Of a stretch of DNA of 64,000 nt, positions 1 to 13,200 are shown piece after piece. The stretch is from assembly GCA_051294905.1 (NCBI GenBank), contig CM119372.1, positions 8,930,001-8,994,000 on the forward strand, given 5' to 3'. Positions within the stretch are counted from its first letter, which is position 1. Each line of letters opens with the position of its first letter. A program made the translations under genes and the position numbers. The notes beneath the pieces are model-generated. The model was not told where the DNA came from and did no database searches. It saw only the letters and a program-made list of their open reading frames with translations. This DNA is from Botryllus schlosseri. Lineage: Eukaryota.

Positions 1-35
1 AATGTAAACTTTAAGTTTAACGTATTAGACAGTAG

Positions 36-378
36 ACATCCGACAGTCGACGAGTGTCCACATTCAAGTCGAAATACAAGCAATTACTACTAAATGAATA
101 CTAGTCCATCCTCAAGATTACCGGACCACGACTGATCTATCGATCTCGCCTTCCATGACATGCCACCCCATTTTGTCGCTTGCTTTTTTCTATACTATCT
201 TCTTTACTTTTCATTCAGTGTGCATGCCTCCTCTTTACATCGCCTAGGCCAAGGTGGGTGTCCGATTTCATAGACTACTCCAAGTCGCTTCGACACCTTC
301 CTATCTTTCATTGTATCGCATTTTGTGGTGCATTGAACTGATAAAATTGATAATAAACCAATGATGATGATGATGATG
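36..378 (+). mobile_element. LINE (L2/CR1-like) 3' end with (ATG)n tail
   Basis: Near-identical to 38737-39500 and ends in AATAAACCA(ATG)n. Confidence 0.7.
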
Positions 379-418
379 AACGCTATATAATGAATTTAAT
401 ACCCTAAAGTAGCCCACT

Positions 419-805
419 TCAATAGCTGTTGAGGTCAATCAGACATCTGCGGTCGATCAAAGTTGTCAACAAGTTCTTCGAACTCTGGCTGCATGTCTGG
501 TGTAGAAACCCGTAGTAAGACTGCACGTGAACATCATTTATATTCATCATCATATTTATATTGGAACGCAGCCTCAATTGTCTTGTTAATGTCGGAAAAG
601 TTTGCTCGCAAATGTATGTAGACCCGAACAGAACAAGTAGTTTCATGACCATCTTTCTCAGGTTGGCAAACTTGGATTCATTCCTGTGACGCATAAAATT
701 CGTCAACACTTTCAGATAAGAATTTCACTTTCTGTGCAGAAACTCTCTGCAGGCCACTCAAAATCCCGTCGCGGGCCGGATCTGGCCGTCTGTTGCCCGC
801 CTATG
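419..805 (-). mobile_element. Decayed hAT (Charlie/Buster-type) transposase C-terminal fragment
   Basis: ORF KFANLRKMVMKLLVLFGSTYICEQTF resembles the hATC dimerisation motif (F.STYLCE..FS). A GCGGGCCGGA-type subterminal motif lies at about 770-800. Confidence 0.7.
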
Positions 806-1245
806 GAATAGATGTAAGATAGTAAACTAGTAATCGATCAATGACAATATATAGATATGATGTGGAGCTAAAGGACGATGTTAGACGCAATATGGCCTGC
901 AATTACGACCTGCCGTGCCTATTTATTTCGTGCTTAAAAAACGAGACCGCGGCATTTGTTTTTATGTAGTTGCGATGATTTCGTTAGTTGATGAGCTTCT
1001 CAACTTCTCATCAGAGTTCTATCGAATATTATTGATGTCATATCATGTGATATAATTTTTAGTGATTATATTTGTATTCTCCAAACTTCGGTGCCTTTAA
1101 TTGCTATTGTAGTCCCTTCGCAGTGTTGAGTTTTTCAGTGCTATAATGCTTACTTTGACTACACAATCTTGGGACGTGTTGACATTATTGCATTAATCCA
1201 TTGTTGAATGGGATAAACAAACGAGGAAAAAAACAAAAGCCAGGT

Positions 1246-4200
1246 ATGGCACAATCAGACCCATCACAATTTCGAAACTGGATCTTGGTTGGCAAGGGAC
1301 TTATCAGGCGGGGTGAATGCATAGCTAAAGGAGGAGAATCAGAAGTTTTCTGGTACGTTTACCTAGATTTTCAGCTGTGCGGCTTTTTTTATTGCAAATT
1401 TCTTCGTTGTAGGGGCAGCTTCAATGGCGGACATGTGGCATTGAAAGTGGTTGCTAATCGTACCACTTCCAATGAAACGAATGTACTTCAACTCCTGAAT
1501 CACCCAAATATCATAGACATACTTTACCATGTACGTATTTTTATTACGAATATTATTTCACAAATATAAATTTGCATATGTGAATACAGGAGATTGTCGA
1601 CACTCATACATATATCGTTTTGGAGCTTTGTCATTCTAACTTGAATGAGGTATGTAACTTTGTCTGTGTTATCGGATAATAATTGTCTTTAACAAGGTAA
1701 TCATATAGGTAGTAGGCTATACTGTGTACATATGTATTCGAAGTAGAAGGTAGCCATTGTCGGTATTCAAGTAAAAGTAGAAGTGATACCTTTCATAATG
1801 ATGATTAGCGGTTAGAAAAATTTCTTTCACTCAAGGCAGACAATGTTCGATGCGATATACAAGGCACTGCTGTCTATCAGTCTAGCACCCATATTGGCCT
1901 ACTGTAACAGTGTTTGATCGTGTTATTTGGGCTGTCTTTATTTTGACGCTTCCTCAACTTTTTCCTTCCCTTCATTGATAGTAATCGGTTCGCTGATCTC
2001 ATAAAATTTCTTCTGACAGTTCTATAGAACCATTGCCAATTAACTGAAACCAACCACCGTCTAGATTCATCTGTAGCAGTTAACCATACTACCGTGTGTA
2101 TAGCCTATAGCAATGCCCTTCAACTGCGGTACATAGTGCACCAAAATATGCATGCAACACCAGTACAAAAAGTGGAATAAATTTGGCAATATGTAGGTAT
2201 TGTTTGCTGCAATATTGAAGTTTTGTATTTCTAAAAGCCTATTTCAGTACAAAAAGGTACACAATAGTACATTATAAGCTTGTTACACTTAACAGATACT
2301 TTCAACGAAAACATTTGTTGACCAAAAACTTTGAGAAACATTTCAATGCTGAACAGAGTGTCACATTAAACCTCTTGATGGGGGCTGAGGAAATGGATTA
2401 AAAAAACTCGAAAACGTTCGCAGAAAAAGAGTTCTTGATGGTGGGGTCGGAATCTGCCATCTTACGTATCTAATGAAAGCAGGGAGAGAGCACCTCGTTT
2501 CACTTCTGTAATTACATTGCAAAACAACTTTATTTCTTTGAAATATGAATTTCTGTATCTCTCGCGGCTGTGGTTCTGCTTGGTAGTGTCAGAACTCATT
2601 TCTACTGTCGCTGTGGCAACTGCTGAATCTTAGCTTTCCATCAAGCCATCACCGAAAGATTTAGCTAGCTGTGTTCACGAGTTATTAGGTAAAAAACTGA
2701 GATGACTACTTTGGGGCATATTTTGTGGAATTATTGTGCATTTGGGACGTAACAATGTAACATACCTCACTCAATACAACTCTGGCGTGTGACACGCGAT
2801 TTTGCCACTAGTCATCAACGTAGTTCAAACGAGTTTGTGGTATAGACAGTGATTGCTTTCCCGAGGGATTACACATATCTATTATCTACCGCCTCTACGC
2901 TCACTAAAACGATAAATATGGAGTGGCAAAGTAAAATCCGGCTTCGAAGCGGGCACCGCCACCAAGAGGTTAATGCCAGTTTTTGTATTTTACCACTTTT
3001 CGTTGATACGGGCCTACCACAGAAATGGAAGAATTGATGGATTTAAGATCGAATTTTGGTATGAAAGTATAATTTAAAGAGACATCATATGCTGACTTTT
3101 GGGTGCAGCTGTTATATCCACGGAACATTTTTGTGCTTCTTCAAATACCAACAATGTATTTGTGCAAAAAAAGGTTTTTCTTGTTTGTGTTGAATGAAAT
3201 CCCGAAAGGGCGATGGATTAGGGGAGTATCGGAGAAAAGATATACAGTAGCCTCGTTGCTATTTTCTCATGTTCTTTTGAATGCTCTTTTATGACACGTG
3301 ATATTGAGCCTACTTGCAAGCAGCCTGTAGTCATAATCGAACTCTCGCACTGGCACTGTATATAGCACTGGCAGCATTAATTGATGTGATGATTTTTCAT
3401 ATCCCTTTTGCAAACACGGTGCATGAGTTCGTCATAATAAGGGTTCTGAAACCAAAAATGGTCAAAGAGAGCACTGCCCTATGATATAGCATAGGGGCTA
3501 TACGCTATAGGTCCCTCAGTAGGGGTTTGACATAGGACCGTGCATATACCCTATACGCCTATACTGGTCCGAGATCGATCCGACAAAGTTTAGGAGTTTT
3601 TCGAAGCAATATTTGCATCCATGCAAATGCTTTTCTGAAATACAAACGCATGCAATTAGTAGGCAACAGTGTATATTGATTATAGCTTTTGAATTCTGTA
3701 GAGTGCACCAAGATTTTCCATATGTGAATCCACTGGAAAATGAAGGCGGATTTATTTTTAAACTAGAACTAATCAGCAATTTTGATTGGCATTTTTGGAT
3801 TCAGCGTATAAAATTTTTTCAGCATTCAGCATCCATTTATTAGGGCTAAATACATATGTATATCCACTAATACAAGAATCAGATCAGCTTGCTTGTGTTG
3901 ATGAACTTTAAGGTACGGTGTAGTCGGTGTACAGTATAAGATCCACTTTCGCACCTATACTATAACAATTCGAGTGGAAAGAAATAGCCAATTTGAGAAA
4001 CAGATCTAATTTCATTCGCACATCAGATCACCAGCTTGATGCAATGTCACCAGTAGGAGATGTCATGTCCATTTGCCTTGCAAATTAATACATTTCTGTG
4101 TGGTGCACTTTTGATTGTCGCAAATTGAACGCATTTCCTCTAACCGAGAGACGAGATTCCAGCGCATGGAGAAATCTTTAATATCGGGGTCAGACTGTTA

Positions 4201-7200
4201 ATCTTGTCTCCCTTCTAATTAAAATGTGTTATTAGTTTGCTCACATAAGCAGCAGCATGTAAACGGAAATATCTTATGAATTATTTTTTAGTTGTAGGCT
4301 ACTATTCACCAACTAGTTTTGGAAGATAAATGCCTACGTAATTGTGGCTATGCCACTTACCAAAAAAAGTATGCACTGTTACCCAGCATACCTACGTCCG
4401 GCGCCTATGCTCTCTTGAGCTTTTCCTCTCAATATTTGAAGTTGTTATGCAAATGTTTTAGGATTCCTGGTAGACCAGTAACCTTGTGGCATCGGGATGC
4501 TACATTTCTCTTTTGATGATATTAATGTTAATCCATGTCTCACACAACTTCTTAAGAGCGAAGATCTTATGTGTTTAGTATGTCCTAAAGAGAGAGAAAG
4601 GCAGTTGCGAAATAAGTTTGACTCCGGTGAAAGTTCTCAAGCAGATTGTTGCAGGTGTTTACTACCTGCACAACGGTCAAACATATTTGACAGGTAAGTC
4701 TACTTGACTATATTTACTGTCCATCATTATGGAAGTGGGAGATAACTTTTTCTTCTCATAATCATATTCAAGCTCTCATATTTATTAATAATTAATTAAG
4801 GGATCTGAAATCACATTTAACTGGCTGTACATTTAGGTACCTTACATTTAGATGAGACAAAATCCTCATGTAATCCTTTCCACAACTAAATCTGCCATAT
4901 TTGCAGTAACATATACATTCCACCTAAGTCTCCTTCCTATAGCAGTAAAGATACCAGACATGGGCTGATTAGGCTACTTCATCACTGCAATATATTACGA
5001 TTACTTCTGAATTACAGCAAAATCTCGAAGTGGTCGATTACGATTATATCGAAAAGTAATCTCGAATACACTTATTTTGCATCTTAGAACTTGAGCCTTG
5101 AACACATATCTGAGTATAACGATTGCGATGAGAAGGCCATATCAGAGGACAATTTCATTTTAGCTACAACCCGCGCTAACATGGTGCATGAGCGGTTGGC
5201 TATAGCGGCAGATTCATATGTTGATTATGGTAATGAATTGCAAAATGACGATTGGTGCCCGTTTGAAGTAATGCCTTATGAGAAAATGATTAGATTAACA
5301 TAAAATTATGACATAATTAACCGATTGGCATCAGCTGCCATTTTCAAAAAATTTTACTTCATTTTTCACTGTAACCAAGGTGTCGTTCGATTCAAAATAT
5401 CAACGCGCAACCGATTGCGCCATCCAAATCGCTACCGATGTCGTGTCTGATTACTTATTAGAAGAGCAAGCCAAAAACACGTTGGTTGGGAACAGACATG
5501 CTAAATTGCGTACTTTATGAACCTTAGTATAGGTATTCGACGACGATACAGTCTGGTCTGTTGTATAGGCTCAGAATTCATCGTTCTAGAGAGCCCTGAG
5601 TCAACGGTCTACGTCTAGCAGACGCTAATTTCTAATCAAAACAATACCGACCGTTTTGGTCAGCTCGCGGCAGGCCTCCGAGAGAGTGAGTCATGACGAG
5701 TGATGCGCGGCGCGCGTATGGTAACTTGTAAGGCTTATAACTCAAACTGTGTGACCCTATATTAGTCATTTTAGTATTCGTAGACGGATATTTACAGTCC
5801 TTACCATAATGATTTACTGCAAATGCTTATCATTACTACAACGTAAGATATGATGTACGACAGCTCTTTGTATACCCAGACGCACGCTTTTGCGTAGGTA
5901 TAATCGCTCAGTATTATTGTATGTATTCCGAATTATACTTTACCATTAACCGTTATTTAGAATTATATAGGCAACAACAATTCACAGACACAATCTATGA
6001 AGGTTTATGGCTATTAGAACACGATATATTTCACGTTATGTGCGTGTATTCAACCATGTGCTTGAAGCTGGTACGGTAGTCTGACGGAATTCGCTTCCCG
6101 GTTTTCAAATAAAACCTTGAGCGGTATAGAACTAACTAGTATAGGTGCTTTAGCAAAATATATACAGAAACTGACAATCGCTATTCATAGCAACAAACTA
6201 CAGCTAGTTATGATGAGTAAAACCAACTAAACGACAGTGTATATGGCGGGTATGAGGAACGCGCGTGTCTGCAAAATGATGCTTCGGCAGATATTTTTGT
6301 CACGCGGCCTATCACATAGCTTTTGATCAGCTTAGATGTAACTAATGTCAGATATGAAGATACGTGTGGACTTGTATGGACACTAGCTATTCACATAATG
6401 AAACAACTATGCCCGAAGACGGCTAGAACGAAACATACAGAACGTTATCTGACACAGTGTATTTTGCAACATATTTATCTACGGTGTTTGATATACGATT
6501 TTGATGTCTTCGATATAATTAATATCAAATAACAATGTATTAATGAACTTGTACGAACAATATCTATTCACAGAAATGAACAGCAACGACCTAGCACGAT
6601 TAATATGTAATATATCGTGGTTTCAATTACGGTACTCTTCTCTCGTACCGGCATGTCATTAATTAAATGTAACTATTTGTAGCTAGGTACATTGCTGATT
6701 ATCATCCTCTTGCGATGTAGTGGTGTCAGGTGTTTATTGATAACCTGACATTAAATATTATGGTTGATCCTTCAATCATACTACTACGTTGAATATCTAT
6801 TTACTACTTTGCGGATAATTCGTTTCACAATGATGTAATAATGAACAGTGGATATTGACAATCCGACGCATATGCTGTCAATAACCAGATAAAAATTCGC
6901 ACTGTTCCTTGTTCTCGAATGTTCAGTTTATGTCATAGCCCTCGTACAAGTAAAAAGTAATCGTTCTTTTACAAATAGATATGTGAAATAATGGATCACG
7001 ATTACAATTAAATCTGATTTTTTTCGAAAGTAATCGATTATGATTAATTTAAAATGCTGTAATCGCCGTAATCGATTTACAAATCACTAGGGAAAGTTTT
7101 TGCAACTATTTTAAAGCTTCCGGCAGCTTCCTAGATACTCAGAATATATGTGGCATTGTGTTTTAAGCCGTTTGTAGGAATTTTATATTGCAACTTTTTC

Positions 7201-10200
7201 GTATTTTTCATACAACTTTCAACGGCAAGTATTGTACAAAATATAAGAGAGTGATTTAAAAAACATGCTATAAAACAATTTCTTCTACGGTTCTTGGTTT
7301 GACTCGGTTCGGTTTATTAGCAATTTTTATCAGTTCAATACACCACAAAAATTGCGATACAATGAAAATAGGAAGGATCTATTCTCGTAGATTGGCATAT
7401 TAAAGAGCTACCGGTATGTGGCGGATTAACTGCATATCAATGTCATCCATGACGCAACAGTTGGCTTGCAAGCTAGAAGTTCGGCAACCCCAGCCAAGCA
7501 CGACAGTGCCAGAACTAAATTACACGACGATGTATGTCTTGGCTATTGGTCAAGCCCGCGCAAATGGAAATAGGTTGTGTCTAGTCTTTCGAGGTCAAGT
7601 TAAACTGTGTGTTTATAAAAAATGCATTCGTTATTTTGCAAGTAAGAAGCGATATCGTTGATATCTGTTAAGATGACAGTCTAAGTTAGTAATGTCATTT
7701 TCACTCCAAGTAGTATTTTGAACTTTGAATCTTAATATAAATGTATGTATGTATGTGAATAAGTATATAAATGTAGGCTATATATGCAAATAGATTGCTT
7801 GAGTCATTGGCGGATACGGCGTTGATGTTTTATCAATCAATCAATTGTCAGGCTATATTTTCATCTGCCCAAGACACACACACACAATGCACAGTAGGGT
7901 TGGGACTTCGGGATCAAATTTCAAATCCCGGGATCGGGATTTCCCAGGATTTTCGCTCCTCAATCCCGGGAAATCCCGGGATTGGCAAAGTAGCAAAATG
8001 CACTTACAAGCTACACAAACAACATTTATTCCTTGTAATATTGACGCAAAAACATGCTTCCGTGAATACGAATGAAACGCAGCGATCGAAAGCCGCCCGG
8101 ATAATGAGCGTTTAAATCGATGTACCGCCTGCTTCGTCTAGGAGTTGATTTGTCCAACGTGATCGAAATACGTTCATCATTCCATAACATTGCCATAAGC
8201 TCTTCTTCCACACACTTGCGCATTTTTTTCTGTGCTCGATCACGAAGTCCCGAACCCGTTTGTGACATCTTGGCAAGTTATAGCCGTCAGCCTTGAAGGC
8301 CCGACGAATTCGCTCACTTTGGAGCAATTTGTTTAAATGCTAGCCCGTCCACAGCAGTTAACTGGCTAGGAAGTTCATCGAACCAAGGATTATGCGATTT
8401 ATAAAAGAAATAATATTTCTTTGACATGCCCGATTGAGTCATGCGGGTTGATTTAATTACTATCATGTGTACGGACCTTAAATGCGTTACCAGTCCATTT
8501 GTGCTATACCAGTGGTTCCCAACCTTTTTCGACTCATCGTCCCCTTATCAACCTCGACACAAATTTTTGCCCCCCATGCCCTATCGCCCCATATTTACAG
8601 ATCCGAAGAAGAGGACATATAAACGGGAAATTCAGTCACCTAACTACTTTGATCGCCAAAGAATTGAGTAAATAAAAAGGCAATTTTTCCGAGTAGGTTC
8701 TCCAAAAACCGGTTTCCGCCGTTAAGTTGACCATTTTTTAGTCAACTTTGGCGTCGTATGCAGAATAAGCCATGTTCACGTGCATTTTTTGGCCGTGTTG
8801 ATTAAATATATCTCACTGAACGTCCTGAGATTTTCGCCCCCCAATCGCCCCCTTGTTTTACAAAATCCCCCACTATGGGGCGATATCGCCCACGTTGGGA
8901 ACCGCTGTGCTAGACCTTGAAGCTTCCAAAACGTCTTGACACAAGTTACATTTGGCTTTTTCTGTAGATTTACAAAACAAAAAGTTTTGCCACACAACTG
9001 ATTTTTTCGTCGCACTGACATCTTCAAAATTCGCTATTATCCCGGCCTGTATTTCACCTCCACAGCACCGTCTTTGCAACGCCCCGATACTGAGTTACAC
9101 TGCTACGATCCGTAGACTACGACGGGAGTGATTGTGCAGTTCATATTATGCCATAGTTGGTTTTATTATCATATAATTGTGAATTGTTTTAGACCAGTGG
9201 TTCCCAAGCGGTGGGGAATTCAATGGTTTCCGGTGGGGAATAGACGCATTTGTTCAAAATTATATACACGACAGTCTACATATTCACGGAGAGAAATGCG
9301 CAATTACCGTTACCAGTTAACTGCTCTGGAATGTATGTATCGAAAATTATATTGCGTGTTGTTCACAAAACCTCATTTTTAACTCTGTATGGCCAATGGT
9401 TGCGTCACAAACACATCCAGCACGACTAGTTTAACGTGAAATAACGCTTTCGCGAAATTTTGAGCATTACTGGTATCGGTTCACAATACGTTTCACGTTG
9501 CAGTTATAGGCGATTGTCTTGCGTACTGGTGTTGTGTGTCTTGTGAAGTCAAACCAGCAAATAGCTTCTGTGTGATGACAAAAGTGCTGGGGCGAGCTCG
9601 AATTGTTATTTTTTTGAAATTTACGCCACTTTTTCAAATTTTTTTCGCGCTTGTTGCGCGATTTAATATCGCCGAATATCTGATTATTGGGTATCCTTCC
9701 CCCACGAAAATACTTGGAATTTATAGAAATGGAGACTTCGGCGGCGACCATTACTGCGCCATGACGCACCAAGGCATATGAAGTTATAGGCCAGGGGTGG
9801 GCAAACTTTTGAGCTCGCGGGCCGCATTCAACATCTGAATCCATTCGCGGGCCGCACCAAAACGCAATATTGGTATTTGATCAGATATGAAGGACATGGC
9901 TCTTATATATATGCTTATTTAAAACAAACCAAACATTGCTTTGACGATATCGTACACGCGTCAGAAACAGTGGCGAGATTGTATAATCTGGTCGACCTCA
10001 ATAACCAATGTGTCAAAACTATAGTGATGAAAGTCGGTTGTCCCGATTCTTAGAACAGGATTGAAATTTAAATCTATGAGCAGCGAACTGTTCATAGATT
10101 TACTAATTCAACTTTTGGTTTAGTTCCAGGACACATAATGCTGACAGCATCATAACCATGTTAGCAACAAACACGCTTCTACTGTGGGTAGATAAAATAT

Positions 10201-13200
10201 AAATACCCTAATTCTCCGCATACAGAGAAAGAATCGGATAGTTTGATGGCATGAAAGATGGCGACTGTGGATGAGAGATTTTTGAATATGAAATTCATAC
10301 TGAATACAAAGCAATTACTGAAGATTAGATGTAAATCGCGAGGAGCGCGAAAAAAATTTCATTCCAGCTCAGCTTCACGGCCCCCTTCAGATGCTTTCAC
10401 GCCCCAATGTTGGGGGGAGGGAGGCGAGCCCCCAGTTTGAGAATCACTGCCTTAGAATCATCATGTTGAAATATACTAATAAAAAGTTGCATTAATTCGA
10501 TTTTTAGTAATCATTTTATCAATATTTTTAACAAGTTTCTTTTCACTCTCGCGGGCCGCACAAAACGGTGTTGCGGGCCGCATGCGGCCCGCGGGCCGTA
10601 GTTTGCCCACCCCTGTTATAGGCCATGTAACATGCAACTCCGAGAAGTGTACCAGAACGATCAGCAGAATCAGCAGATCAGAACGACCTTGGCCAAGAAG
10701 GAATACCCTTGTGGTGACCCAAAACTTCGATATATATACAATATACATATATGCTTAATTGGCTAAATGGCTGGCGCCGAATGTTCCTGTCCTAGCGATC
10801 TGAACCCGACAGGACAAATGCCATCCCGCAGGGAAAAATTATTTCCCAGTTAAGCAGTACCAATTTGAAATCGTGTGTGCCTTTTAGTTTTAGCGATTTC
10901 AATATCTTTTGACATAGCAGATATAGGAGGTCGCGAAATATATCATAATGTAACGAAGTCAATATACCAACGGGTCCGCTCGAAGATGTTTGATTCTTAT
11001 TTAGGGGTCCTACCTTTTCCAACACACCTCACTCAGCTCTACCGGTAAATCTGATTACGTGAGCAGAAAGGAAATAAAAATTTACTAGCAAAATATATGC
11101 AATTCCAGATCGTATTGGCCGATTCAAACACGAATGATATGAATTTTTCGCGCTTCGTGCGTTTAGTCGAAATAAGGCAACGCACCAAACAGTAGAGTTC
11201 AGTCGAAGTAAGGCGACGCACTAAACAGTAGACCCCATGAAGTTGATAAGTTGCAGGGATAAAGCGTACAGGCTCAGCGGGGCTGAGGGGGTTCTGGGGG
11301 CCCAAGACCAACGCCGTTTTGGCGGGGCTCAGTCAGTCAGTTTTATTTATACTTTCATCATTTCAACTCACCGCAAAACTGCGATACAATGAAAAATAGG
11401 AAGGTGTCGAAACAACTTGGAGTAGTCTTTAAGATCAGAAACCCACCTTGGCTGACAAAGAGCTGTTACGGTCCTGGTGGGGAATGAAGGCTCGGAATAA
11501 ATCTGAAGTGGGGAATGAAGACAAAAAGGTTGGGAATCACTGTTTTAGACAATCAGCCGAGTTTGTAACACTGCTTTATTACCAAAATAAGAGACATGAC
11601 GCTACGTAAGCCTTGGTAGATTCTGTTTACAAATCCCGGGATTTCATTGCGATTAATCCCGGGATCGGGATTGCTTCAAATCCCGGGATCGGGATTTCCC
11701 AGGGTCCCAACGCTAATGCACAGTGATGCTATATACAAGACACACAATGCGATGTAATGAGCAGACAGAGGGATGCCGAACGACCAACTAGTTGGGGTCT
11801 CTTGAACTGCCATCCACATCGACCTATTGCCCGATGTCACAGTCTTCTTTGATGCTATTCTTTCTTTGTCGGTCCTTTTTAGAGCTATTTCTTGCTCCCT
11901 TTCTTTCTTTATCGGGTCTTATTTTACTGGGCTTTTTTCACTGTAAGAACAATGACACTGGGGAGGAGGACCCCAGAATAACCTCCGATGGCGGGAATGG
12001 ACCCTGGGCCGCCTGCTTGGATCGCGCCCACGCTCACTGCTATGATGTTGTTTAAATTTGAGGTGCTTTTGCATTTCGCAGACACCCAGGCGCTACCTCC
12101 GAAAATTACATGTTCACTGGGTCACCTTTTTCAAGCTATCGATTTTGTTAGAGTCGCGAACACTAAGTTTTGCTGCAATGCCTTGAATCAAGTTTGCAGA
12201 CCTAGGGAGTTTGGGGTGTGATATTTGACTTGTTTTGAGGGTGGGTGGGGTGGATTATCAATTTTCCCTTTGGCTTTTTTCGGCGGTCTCGCCAGACCGT
12301 CCATGAAATGGGAAAGAACCAAATTTGACCGCTCTGCAGGAGCCGACAGCGAAATGCTGTCATGTAGGTTTCAAACCTAAAGAACATAAAAATGTATGGA
12401 TAATGGATTGAACAGCGAAGAAACAAACCGAACAAGCAGATACTCTGCAAATCTTGAACTGTGTGATTACACAACGGAACCTTCCGAGTATCTCATACCG
12501 TAATCGTTTTAAAAAACTTATGCGTAAATGCAACTTTTGTTAAAATTGAGTGCAACTTTCTCACAATTTTTATTGCAACAAAAACTTGCCCTACTAATCA
12601 CGATTACCCCATGTCTGGAACATGCTGTGACCAAATGATGGTACAGCAGTAGCTGGAATGAGAGCTTACTCATTTACATTACGTTATATTTAGAAAATCT
12701 CAAAGCTCATGTGGTATTGCTTAATGAGCATCCAGATGAATGTTGTGAAGATGTAGAGATGTAGGAGACTGATCTAGCGCAACGCGGGCTGTCGCTTAAA
12801 GACGCCCACGACCGCCCACGTTGGAGACGCTTAACACGAGCCCAAAACTGATTATCTCGATGTTGTTTTTGTCTCCTGTTTTCTTTTGCCCTTTTTTATT
12901 TTATCTAATTGAAAAGTCGATATATATAAAATGTAGGCTGTATTTCATATATCGGGTTTCAAAGAGTGTGTAGATATATAATTATTAAAGTTATATACCT
13001 GTTGCTCTTGTTGTGTTGCGTTTATATAAATTATCAACATATAAAACACGACAATATCATATGTTGATTAGCATTGCTTATTTTGCAGTTCACAGAGATT
13101 TGAAACCTTCGAACATTCTCTTTGTATTTGACGAAAGAGGTCAGAAATGGAGGGTGAAAATATCTGATTTTGGTCTCAGTAAAGACATTGATAGAAGCAA

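Larger units (their letters stand above)
7895..11715 (-). mobile_element. hAT transposon with decayed transposase (BED finger and catalytic region)
   Basis: TIR TAGGGTTGGGAC / GTCCCAACGCTA, perfect TSD atgcacag, and ATCCCGGGAT repeats. Minus-strand fragments read SVVWQNF..AKCNLC (BED finger, about 8910-9000) and [15 protein letters not shown] (about 8050-8180). Confidence 0.85.
7088..12593. mobile_element. hAT-type element, level 2 of the nest
   Basis: TAGGGAAAGTTTTTG... / ...CAAAAACTTGCCCTA with GCAACTTT subterminal repeats. The 8-bp TSD is caaatcac/ctaatcac. Confidence 0.7.
4955..12617. mobile_element. Outer TIR element of the nested stack
   Basis: TIRs CAGACATGGG / CCCATGTCTG with GATTAC/GTAATC subterminal repeats. 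The TSD is degenerate (aaagatac/gaacatgc). Confidence 0.6.

Noticed and set aside
1650..13088. Gene A as a pseudogene missing kinase subdomain VIa
   Set aside because: The exon is present at 4579-4693 ([11 protein letters not shown]) in a different frame from the listed 4497-4697 ORF, with the required phases.
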